This document shows, piece after piece, positions 24,101-36,100 of a stretch of DNA of 64,000 nucleotides (positions are counted from its first letter, which is position 1; each line of letters begins with the position of its first letter). Below the pieces are notes generated by a model, which had not been told where the DNA came from, ran no database searches, and was given only the letters and a program-made list of their open reading frames with translations. Both the position numbers and the translations under genes were made by a program. Source of the DNA: Amphiscolops sp. MND2022 (Eukaryota). The stretch lies in NCBI GenBank assembly GCA_964187785.1, contig OZ076409.1, positions 98,706,001-98,770,000 of the forward strand. The letters are read 5' to 3'.

Positions 24101-27100
24101 TAGAAGTACAAAATCAGCACCTTACACGATATTGGAGAAACTTCACTAACGAGTCAGGTAACAATTGGTCAAAACTAGCACCGAAATTTGCATTCGCTCA
24201 TAACACAAGTGTAAACTACACTACGGGACTTACCCCATATGAAATAGTGTTCGGGACAAAACCACAAGTTCCTATGACGTTAAAACTTGGACTAATACGA
24301 GACAAGAACAAACAATGCAGATCCGAATACTGTGAAGGATTAAAACCTCATACACACAGCGAAAATCAACTACCGAACAAATCCCTGGACCGATTACTCA
24401 GACCACAACTTTCAGACGAACTCATTGCTCGCGAAAATGACTTCAAACGAATTTACTCGTCAACCTATCAACGATGCCGCCAAATCACTTCCAAGGCACA
24501 CGAATACAGAAACCGATTCAAACTCGGACGACCTATCAACATCGGACAAAAAGTATTCTTAGAGAATTACACTGCCGACTTAAGCAGATCTTAAAAGTTA
24601 AAACAATTACGTGTTGGCCCTTTTACAGTAACTAAACAAATAACAAATACGACCTACGAAATTCAAGAGGACGCTAATCCAGATAATATAAAAGTTACTC
24701 ATCGTAATCACCTGATTGAATACTTCCCTAAAGAGGAAAGACTCCCTCCTTTAATCACTAACTATGCACCGCCTATAACAAAAGATAGTGATTTTTACAA
24801 ACACCTAGTGCAGTCACAAATAAATGACTACAATTCAAATCAACAAAGATGTTCCCTAGATGTAATGCCTTTTATCATATCGCCGCTACAAGAAAATACT
24901 AATATTCAAGAATTGAGCAAAAATCACGCTGCACCTTCGCCTAATACTGATTCAGGAATTCAATCTCCTTCTACGCCTATCAATGATGATCACAATTATC
25001 AAAATCTAACAATTTCACCATTGCCGCCGCTACAAACTCCTATACTCCCTATGACTCCTATGCCTATTCGTGTTCCTACTATTTTGAGGACAACGCCGCA
25101 GTTTCATGAAGCTGGACAATCTACCTCTTCATCGACAAAAAAGAAAAATAAAGTTGCTGATCTCACATCAAAAGTAAAAGCAAAATACAAGCGCTCTCAT
25201 CCTGATTGCTCACTACGAGATCTAGAAAGAAGGGGATATAAAGATTAATTATTAGGGGCAGGTACACAAATTAAAAGGAAAAAACCCGGTTAAATATGAA
25301 AACACAAATACAACAGAAGTATATACATATATACAACTAAGGAAGCAAGGGGCCAATAGTCTCCATTTCATCAATTTCCATATATGCCTGGTCGACCAGA
25401 AAATTGACAACCTGTTGCTGGTTCCCCATCTCCCAGCGTACAACTAATTCCCGCTTCGCCAATGGCGTTAAAGCCAAATAAGAGGTCCGGATTGCATCTA
25501 TCTTGAAAAGACACACCTCCCCACCTCTCCCACTGAGGACGCTCAACCACTGAAACAGAACAACTTGTACACAAAAAGGGAAAATACTGACTTCCACCTG
25601 ACAGCACAAGTACGATCACATCACTACACATCATACGACCATAGTTAACGAAGTAACAGAGAGGTATATTAATAAAAGGCATTCTTACTTGAGGAGTTCC
25701 AGTAACAATTTCTAAAATTGTCTGAAAGCGATCACTAAGATCGGCAGGAATAGCTGCGCTCATGCCCAACATCGGCCGCCGACTGTCAGCTATCACCTGC
25801 TTGAGCGCCACAAATTCATTTTCACAGATAATTGCCGGCCATACATGTTCCCCATAGTCCACTATAGGAATCATACCTTCTGGAAGGAAATCCGGATGGA
25901 CGATAGCAGGATCAAAAGCCATGAAAGTCTAAAAACACATAATTTGAATTTTCACTTTCAGCACCCCCCTACCTCAAAAATTTCCCAGCTACCCACCCCA
26001 AAATTTGCGAGCGCAAAAAAACCCGAAAAATTCACAACTTTTCTTTTCTATTCAACGGCGGTGGGACTACTTTGTAGTTATATAGTCAGTAGAAATCAAA
26101 AAACAGAAAATAACACCCGAAAAACACCCGACCTAACAGCCCAGAAACTAGCAGATAAAATGAAGAAAACAGAAGAAAACAAAGAAGAAAACAACAAAAG
26201 CCCCGATAAACAATCTCTACTCATCTGTTTCATACTCACGTGACGTCGTATCTTTTAATCTAAACAAATGTCACATTTACTTTATTTATTTTACGCTCTT
26301 GTTAAAACAAAAGAAAATAAACCTTTTGCTAAACTCTCTTTTGTTAGTTAAAAATTAACGTCATGTCTTTGTTCACTTTTAGATAGCCAGCTCTTCAACT
26401 CTTTTCTCCGAATTTAACTATTATTCACAATAACATATTTTTCTTTTCAGCTAGCAATAAACAAATTTGTTCAACTTACCTTTCTCTGCTGTGACCGAGA
26501 ATAAATTCTTCTTAGCTTTTAATTACCTTTCATTTAGCCGCCAAACTCTTCAACCTCTCACTTAATCAATAACATAGATTATTGCCTCTTGCAAGCTCCG
26601 CTGTTGCTAACGGAGATGAATTCTCTTTCAACTTTAACTCTTTAATTATCTTCCTTTTAACTACCGACAAATTCAACTAATGATTTTTTACCCCCAAAGC
26701 TCCTTTGTTTTGAGCAAAAAGTAAATTTTGAACTAAGTTCTTTAGCGATCGCTTTTGTAAGATTCTAAAATGAATTTTACAGAGTAAGTCGAAGCGCATG
26801 GTTTTGTTTGTATTTTAGCATAGTCTACAACTACACAATCAACTGACCAAACTAGCAAATGTACATCAAGATAAACAACGACTTCTACAGAATAGTTAGA
26901 CAAGATTTCCGAAATTTGACTTTTCACGTTTCCCTTCAGCACCACCAAACAAAACAGAAGAGAATTATCACTGTTCCCCCAACGTCTATATACTGGGACT
27001 ATTTCCATCACATCTTTCTATTCTTTGGAAACGCACCAACGGATGCATTCCTGAATGCTGACAATAGTATTTAAATGGACATAATTTTTGATGCAGGTGA

Positions 27101-30100
27101 AATTGAAGAAATAGAATTCAACTGCCCTTGGAGAATAACAACGCCTTCAGGCAACTCTGAAAATTTTATAATAACTAAACTCAGGTGGTCACTATTTTCA
27201 CCTTGCTTCACCTCCATAACACTCCATCCCTCCAGTAACAAAAATAAAATAACCACCTTTGAAATTGCTGAACATAGTTCACTTGAAGCCCAACTTGGTA
27301 AAGCAATAGACGAATACCTCCTGAACCCAGAACAACACGTTGAACAGTATCAACTCCACGCTCTCGGAGAATTAACTGATACAATAAACCCATAGATGTA
27401 TTCAGAAAACACTGACAAAAACAACTAGATATGAACTTTCACCTTAACAACGAAGTTATCGAAGAAGTCAATTTTAACTGCCTCTTTAAAATAACTACTC
27501 CTTCAGGCATCACTGAAAACTTCAATATCATCAAACTCAAGTGGTCTTTTATCAGACCCAGTTTCATTCTGATAACTATACACCCTGTAGACGATAAAAG
27601 CAAAGTCTCCACTTTAGATATCGCCAATAATAGATTCCTCCGAGAACAGCTATCTGAGGCTTTGGATAACTACGCTGAAGAACCAGAGTCACACATCACC
27701 CCATTTCAACTCCACATCCTTGGAGAGTTAGCCGATACAACAGCAGCATAAATAAAATTGAATGAGCTTCAGTCTACGAGAAGAAATCGTCAGACAAATT
27801 TGGACCAGACGCATCCTTCCACAACTACTCCCCCAATTAGCAAGAAATCAACTCCCTCAAAATAGAAAACGGAGAAGTCAATAAAAATCAATGTTCATCC
27901 ACAACCTCTGGGAAGAAGACGCAATTGAAACAGTTAAACTAAAACTTCCAGTATCAATCTATAATTTAGTCGACCCCATCAAAAGCCCTGAACTATTAAT
28001 TGCGAAGGAACTGCAGTGGTCATACCGATACTAATTTTGGCTTACAGCTAGAGGCTATACAGTATTAAAGCCCAAAACCAAAGTCTTCATAAGAGTAGAA
28101 GAGAAAACAAAATTCTTTGCTGAATTAGCCATCGCCTTATCAGTCTACATCGATAGCCCTGAGACGAATATACAACCCTTTGATCTACCACTCCTAGAAG
28201 AATTGTCTTCTTTTATGGAAACGGGACTTGGCTCCTTTGAAGAATTCTACATTGCGAAAATTAAAGAAATCCTCAGCTTGCAAAAATAAATCTGTTCCCT
28301 GCCTTTTATTATTTCTTTTTATTACTGTGTACTGTGTTTAATTAAACTTTTTTCAACTTCTTCTTTTTAGGTGCAAAACACGGTAACGATCTCAGTATCA
28401 AACTCTGCCGTGTATAAATAACTCCCTGCTCTCATTTTTCATCGATCTAAAACAGATCACTTTTCTCTAGCAGGAAGGCACGGGTTTTGGACGTGCGTAT
28501 TCAACTCTATCCTTGCAAGAAGACACGGTAACGATCTTAGTATCAAACTCTGCCGTGTATAAATAACTCCGTTGCATAGTTCAACGAAGATACGGTGTAT
28601 AGACGTATATTACAATTTTTGTCACAACGTTTGACAAAGACACGGTAACGATCGAACGACGGTTCGCATCAAACTCTGCCGTGTATAAATAACTCCCTAC
28701 CCTTTTTCTTTTCATTGATCTAAACTGGCCACTTAGATCACTTTTTCTTTGGTAGGAAGACACGGGTTTTGGACGTGTAGCCTTGCCTCTTCTTAATCTT
28801 TTTTAACTCTCTCTTTCTCAGGCAAGAAGAGACGGTAACGATCTTAGTATCAATCTCTGCCGTCTATAAATAACTCCCTGCTCCTATTTTCTTTTCTTCT
28901 TGGTCTCAAAGAGATCCTTTTTCTTTAAGCAGGAAGACACGGTTTTTAGACGTGTGCTACATTACCTTGCAAGAGGAGACGGTAAAGACCTAAGTGTCAA
29001 ACTCTGCCGTCTATAAATAACTCCTCGCTACTATTCGTTTCTGTCTGTTTTTAACAGAACACTTTTCTTAAGCGGGAAGACACGGTATTTAGACGTGTAT
29101 TCACAAGAGCCTTTCACGAAAAGGACTATCATCCACTTACTCTTGACTAAATTGTCAAATTTTAGCAGAATTCATTCTTGCTTTCTTTTCAGTTCAATTT
29201 GAACGAATCATCTGTATTGCCAAGTGCTACAGATTTCTCGCTGCTCTAGTAGAAGCAAAGCTGCCCTTCTTCATTGCTCCATTGAAAGCAAATACTCTCT
29301 TCATTTCAAGGTTAGCAAGCCTACCTTTCTTTTCTAAACCTTTTATAGTATTTTCGGAGTACCGTTTTCATTAGTTGATATTGGATAGTGAAAAGATATA
29401 CTGTAAATATTTTGTTATTTTCATTTTGATGCTTTCAATAAATCTCATCTACGCCGACAAGAAGCAGCCCATACTGGATGATATCGCACCTACAGTCACA
29501 GTCTCACATTACGATTGCAGTGAAATGTCAGAAAACAATCTCTACTCTCTCAACCAAGTCAAACCTTGTAACGTGGCTCCTGAGAACATAGACATGAGCC
29601 ATGCCAAAGTCAAGATGTACACAAAACATTTTCGAACAGAGATCAACGCTACAATATGCAGTGTCAAACATCAAAGGAACAGATTCTATTGTGGAATGCA
29701 CGACCACTCCAGCATCGATATCAAACAAAAGACTATTACCTCATATCTCGATTTATCGCCTGCACAATGCAGACTCGCAGCTGAAGGATCACCAATAACT
29801 CTACTGAATCATCAGATTACAATGAAAAAAGGAGTAATTGAACAACATCTTAGATGGAATGGCGATGCAGACGACACATTCAAAAATGAATGTGATGGTT
29901 TTGAATGGATTGAAAAAGATACCTTCGAGACTCACATCCAAGATATTACTCTGAACGTCAAACTCAGAGACGGAACTATAATGAACAGAAATGGACAACC
30001 TCTACCCTGCAAACTAGATGAACTCGGATGTGATAGCACCTCACTCGACCCATATGCTTATATATGGGATAATCCAGATAACTGTATTCTCACCGTACTG

Positions 30101-33100
30101 AAAGAAGAGTACGTAAACATGATCAAAAATGACGACCAGTATTATATTGTTAGCAAGAATGATTCAGAAAACAAATATCTCTTTGAAATCAAGAACAGAC
30201 CACAAAAGCTCTGTAACAAACCATCAGATGTATATCCTACAACCTACGAATCTTTGTTTGTTGCTATTCTTTATGGTGGATTTGACATGAGAACAGGACG
30301 AAATATGATTCAACAAGAAGACAAAGTCCACAAGATGCACTATTCCCCTAATGATCAAGAAAGGGATGACCCAGGCCATAGTAAACTCTGGGTTGCTAGT
30401 AACTATCAATCAGACCCATATTATGGAACATGGCTGAACATGGACTACGAATTACAACAGGGAACTAAACTGGACTACCTTTTCTTTGAGAGCTCCAGAG
30501 CACTCAAAGCCTCAGAACTTCATCTTTTAAAAAATCAGTGTGAACAAGAACGATCGCACATACTCACTATTCTGATGCTTTCACTTGAGAACTCAAGACT
30601 AGCTGGATATATGTTGACTGGAAACAGATCAATGTTCTTAGAAACTGATGGAAGCCTTGCATGGCTTTACTCTTGTCCTCTAGTCAGATCACCTCTTCAC
30701 ACGATGAACGAGTGCTACGATAAGATACCCATATTTTACAAAGGACAAATCAAATTTGTAGATCCCATCACGAGGCAAACTTTACCTGATGCGATGCCTC
30801 AGAACTGTTCGGACCACATAAAGAACCTTTTTCAAATGGACATGGACGATAAGAACTCTTGGTTCTCACTAACGCCGCAAATCACACATAGAGATAGACC
30901 TGCTATCTTCTCGCCAAAAGATGTAGCACCATTCACAAGGGATCAGTTTCCCCAATCAATCAACGCTGGAATGTACACGAAAGGCCAGCTAACCGAATTT
31001 TGGGACAACATCCTCATGAGTTCTGCATCGAAGAATGCTTTACAAAAATTCACAAGAAAACTCATTGTCCCTTCACACTCAAAGAAAGGACCTGAAGGAT
31101 ACACATACTACGCACCAAAAATGGATTTCTTTGTTGATAACATGATATCTCCTGGTTACTTTGAAAGCAAATTTAGACAAACATTTGGCACAATTGGATA
31201 TTGGCTAGAAAAATGTGGAATTTGGTTTGCAGTTTTCCTTTTCATAAAATTAATTATCGATGTGACAGTAACTATTGTCAGAGCCTTTGAAATACACCGA
31301 CTTACTGGAGCGTCTGTTGGATTCCGTAAAATTCTACTATCTGCAACTTACAATCTTTTTATGGTTTCAATTTTCCATTCAATGTTCAATCCTTCTACAA
31401 AAGATATTCCGATGACAACATTCAGTACAGACAATCAAGATGCTTCTGAACATATCTACCCTGTCATAAATCGTCTGCCAGCAACTAATCGTTTAGACAC
31501 AATATCACCAATTTAACTTTTGTATTCTATTTTTAGCAAAGAATGACCGACCACACCTCTCTTTCATCAGATCTGGAACTTCTTCTTTCAAAGGAAACTC
31601 TAACTGAGAAGGACATACTCGATTTTCCCATGTTTGATATCACTTCAGCTGAATCTCCTATTCCTCAACAACCACTTAATGAAACTCTCTTAGAAGGCAC
31701 TATTACTCCTCCAAACCGCCCTAACACATTCATCTTTAACGGCAGTATTAAAAAGAAGAAAACTCAATTTTCGTTGAGACAAGCCCTTGAGAAACAAAAG
31801 AAAAGTGAAGAAGCAGCTCAAAAATATTCAAAAACGGGAAACCCCAGATTTCATTACAACCTTAACTACACACTTAGAGAAGACGTCAATCAGTGGAAAA
31901 TTATTTTCTGGGATTCAAGAAGACAAGAATTTACTATTGAAAACACCGTCCTAAAGAACCAGAGACTATCAGTACCCCTTCGGGCTATCTCTGCTTTTAT
32001 TTGAAAACAAAATGAAAAAACAATTAATACAGGAATTCAATCTTAGATTAGCCGCTATGGAAAATGAAATTATAACATTACAAAATCAAATAGAAAATCT
32101 CAGCCAACCTACATGCACCGACAACGACCTCGCCCAGATGAAAATGCTCGTTAGTAAATTCCCACTCAGCAATCTCAAAAATGCTCAATACCTACATGCA
32201 ACACAATTGCAAGTTGCAAACCTCTTCGAACGACTTGAACATGAAAAGAGCCTACGAAGACAACAAGACGAAACTATTCAGCAACTCCAAATTGTCATCA
32301 GAGACCTTCAAAAGAAGGTAATAACACCTACTGTTGAACAACCTGTAAATACTCCTCTTCTTACTCCTTCTTCAACCGAACCCGAATCAACAGATACACA
32401 GCGACGACTTGCTGAACTGAAACCCCTCAAACGCCTAACAATGGATCTCTATGATCGTATTCACAGCATTGATTGCGGAAGGGACAAAAAACTAATCTGG
32501 AGAATTAGTTCCTTCAGCCTTATGTTTGATAACGCGAAGGCTGCTGAATTAGAAAGGCAAAAAGGTATCGACCCTCACCCCAAAATACCTTGTAATTTTC
32601 ACAGTCCTCCGTTCTACACTTCAACTCACGGGTATCGTTTCGATATGAAACTTTATCCTTATGGATGTTCCCCTGCTACGGGAGAGAGTGCTTCACTAGT
32701 AATCAATATCCTTCCTGGTGAGTTCGACCCAATTCTCTCTTGGCCTTTCAGATTAATCTTCCGAATTAATGTAATCAATTTGAGTGAGCCTAATGATACC
32801 TGGACAAAAATAGTAGACCCCAAAGACAACCAAAATTCAGCCTGTTTTATACGACCTTGTACAAGCTATGGGAATCCGAGCATATGCTTCCCCTTCCTGA
32901 TCCCACACAACCAACTCTTGAAAAGCAGCTCCCCATTCATTCTGAATGACACGATGTTCATCGAAGTCAATCTGGAAGAATCAAAATGAACAACAACAAC
33001 AACCTGTGTACCCCCGTTACATTTTCTTCAAATCTTGAAACCCGGGTGAGATGTCGTGTGCGACTGATGGCAAATAAAAAGAAAGAAACTTACCGTGAAA

Positions 33101-36100
33101 ACTCAAAAAGAAATAAACCCAAAACTTGTAATATATAATTGTGTCTTTTGTAACTTGCGCAGTTTTATCTTTATTATTTTCTCGCTTAGCTCTGAATTTT
33201 GAACACGCTCGAACGTGTTCACTCCCTTGTTCAGCGACGCTGCACACATTCCTTATTTGGTCATGACGTCAAATGACATCATTTTGTCGTGCACGCTACG
33301 CATGCGAATAACACATACAAAACGCTTTCGTTTGTATAGTCATTTGACTTGACGTCATATGATGTCATGCTCGTCAGCCAATCACGATAGTGATTCGATT
33401 TTATTGGCGGACGAAGCGGTCAAATTTAGTATAAAAGCAGACCGAATTTTCAACTCTCAGAGCTCTTCTTTTGGAATAATACTAAATCGACAAACCCGAC
33501 CACTCCAACTTCTCAATCTCTTTGCACGAGTTCGACTCCCATCATCAGCGCGGCGCAGTATTTGTTAGTTAAAATCTTTTCAATTTTCTTTTCGGAGCTT
33601 TCATTTTCACTTTCATTTTTTTCTAAGTCTTTTTCTTAACTTAAACTTAAATTAGCAAAACTTAAAATTTTACAAGTCTTGGCTCAATTCTATCTTTGAC
33701 AATTCTCAACGCTGCTTCAAGTAAAGCAATTCTAACTTATACTTTTGTCAAGCCTGCTTCCTAGCTGAAGCAGCTTTAACTTTGACAATTCTCAACGCTG
33801 CTTCAAGTAAAGCAATTCTAACTTATACTTTTTGTCAAGCCTGCTTCCTAGCTGAAGCAAATTCTATCTTTGACAATTCTCAACGCTGCTTCAAGTAAAG
33901 CAATTCTAACTTATACTTTTGTCAAGCCTGCTTCCTAGCTGAAGCAACTTTAACTTTGACAATTCTCAACGCTGCTTCAGGTGAAGTAATTCTAACTTAT
34001 ACTTTTTGTCAAGCCTGCTTCCTACCTAAAGCAATTTTGTCTTTGACAATTTTCAATACTATTTTCGAGCCAAAACATTTTCAAGCCTGCTCTTAAGATA
34101 GAGCAATCATTCTCTTACGTTGGAGTTTTAGTTGACTTTTGACTTCGAACAGAAGCTATTATACCGTCTTTGTTCAACAAAGATTGAATAGTCCCTACTT
34201 TATAGTGGACTTTAAACCAAAGTCTGGTGATATTCACTGACTCTAAACTAAAAACCACAGCCTCAGCTGGGTTATAAGAGACTTAAACAACTTAGCTATT
34301 GTCTGACTCTTCAAGCCGGACCGTTCTCAATTTGAGACAAAGAGTAGCCGTATAGCGCTCTATAAAAATAGTACGACGAAGCGTTGTTCTAAAACCAAAG
34401 GATAGCGATTCGCTGCCTTTCCCAGTCCGTGACAATCGGTGGACTATAAACGCCGTGCAAGCCATTAGCTGCACTTTAGAAGAGAGGTTCGCCCTCTGAC
34501 TTAATAAAATAAAACATAGTAAAAACTTTACGGCTTATCCTCTGATAACTTATTTCAATAACCTTCCCTAGTGACTTAACTTATTTCATTTAAAGATTGA
34601 TATTAAACTAGATTTAGTTATATTTTGTTTATTTAGCCTAATTTGTTTGTTTTGCTTTTGTATAACTGATGTCTATTACAACTTTAGTATAAATAGAGAA
34701 AGATTCAATTCACCTATTTCTGAATCCAAACATTCTTTTCTCCCGGGTCGTAACAATAAAGTCCTTCCAATCGAACCCGCGCCTGAGACGACTTTTGTTG
34801 AAGTGTAAGGAAGGCACAGTCGCGGAAATTTTAAGTACCAGCATATTTTACTTTTTCGAGCAGAAAAATAGAAGAGAAACAAGCTAAGAGTTCACGAATT
34901 AGACGATAATTGAGGCTTATAACTACCGAAATTCAAAGAGAAAAACTGAAGGAAGAAAATCACTAATTTTGAATATTCTTAGAGAAGTTTTCACTAATTG
35001 GAAAAAAGATATAGATTCATCAATCTTCCTACCAACTTAACAAGCAACGGTACAAATTAACAAGCACTTCACAATAAAAGACACTTTTCTGCAAAAAGAT
35101 CATTTTGAATCAATCTGCGTGAATCTCAAGCGTCTAACTGCTTCGCTGCTAAAAAGTAATGTAGAATTCAATTAGTCACAAGGGGGCTAGAAAAAGGGCT
35201 TAAGATATAAAAGTGAGGTATATTCTTCTCATTGAAACTCTTTCTAATCAGGAGAATTGAAAGAATTCGTTTAAATGGTTCATTGTGGAATATTCGATCT
35301 AATTCGTAACCATTTAGGTAGCTCAACATATAAAATTCCCAAAGAAACATCACATTTGAGATTGTACCATCTTCCATCCAGGCAGCATGAGAGAGCAGCC
35401 CACGAGAGAATTCACGAAGAACTCCAAAACATTCACAAAGCATCTCAAAAAAAGTCTAAATCATAAATTTGAGAAGCAGCGGTAGAGAGATGTCGAAAAC
35501 TTGTATTGTTGGGGAGCTTGTGGAAACAAAGAAGCTTTTTAAATGTTTTTTTTAATAATACATATTTTTGATGTACTCTTCCTTGAAAATGTTCCCTCTA
35601 TTTGGAAACCTTGTCATGAAGATTTTTTGAATCAATGTGAAATAAACCAAAAAGTATAAATTTTAAATACGTGAACAAATGGCAAACTGAAACCTAATCA
35701 AAATCTCATTGATTTTCATCTTTTGTTATAAGAACTTATACTCGGGAAAAGACAGGATACTTATCTTATAAACAGTATGACGCTTGTTGTTAGGATTTTG
35801 CTCAGATGGCCGTTCGTATAGCCGAACGAGCTGAAAGAAGAACGAATAAAAGCCGACCTCAAATCTGATTGGACGACGAATCAAGCAAACCGACGAAATA
35901 TATGTGATAGGGAGTATGGTCGACGGCGCTATTGGCCGAATGGACAATTAACCAACTGAGTAGTTTCAGCACAGCGGTTTTATACCTGAAATGGAGCCTA
36001 TTACACTTTAAATTTTGTGGAGATCAGAAAAAGATCTGATCTTGATTCGAAAACATTTCAATTTTTTGTATCCAATTGAATAAAAAGTAGTGAACGTGTT

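Larger units (their letters stand above)
16088..35073 (+). mobile_element. Giant (18,986 bp) envelope-encoding Ty3/Gypsy element with accessory genes
   Basis: LTRs 16088-18110 and 33052-35073 (TG...CA; I see only about 3 differences), 4-bp TSD ATAA, PBS TGGTGCGACCAGTGAGG at 18114, domain order PR-RT-RH-INT. Confidence 0.97.

Noticed and set aside
25845..26243. Plus-strand 132-aa ORF in the giant element
   Set aside because: Low-complexity A-rich sequence overlapping the start and likely promoter of the antisense gene.
28378..29098. CRISPR-like repeat-spacer reading of the five-copy array
   Set aside because: Eukaryotic retroelement context, no cas genes, and the intervening parts are homologous structured segments rather than unique spacers.
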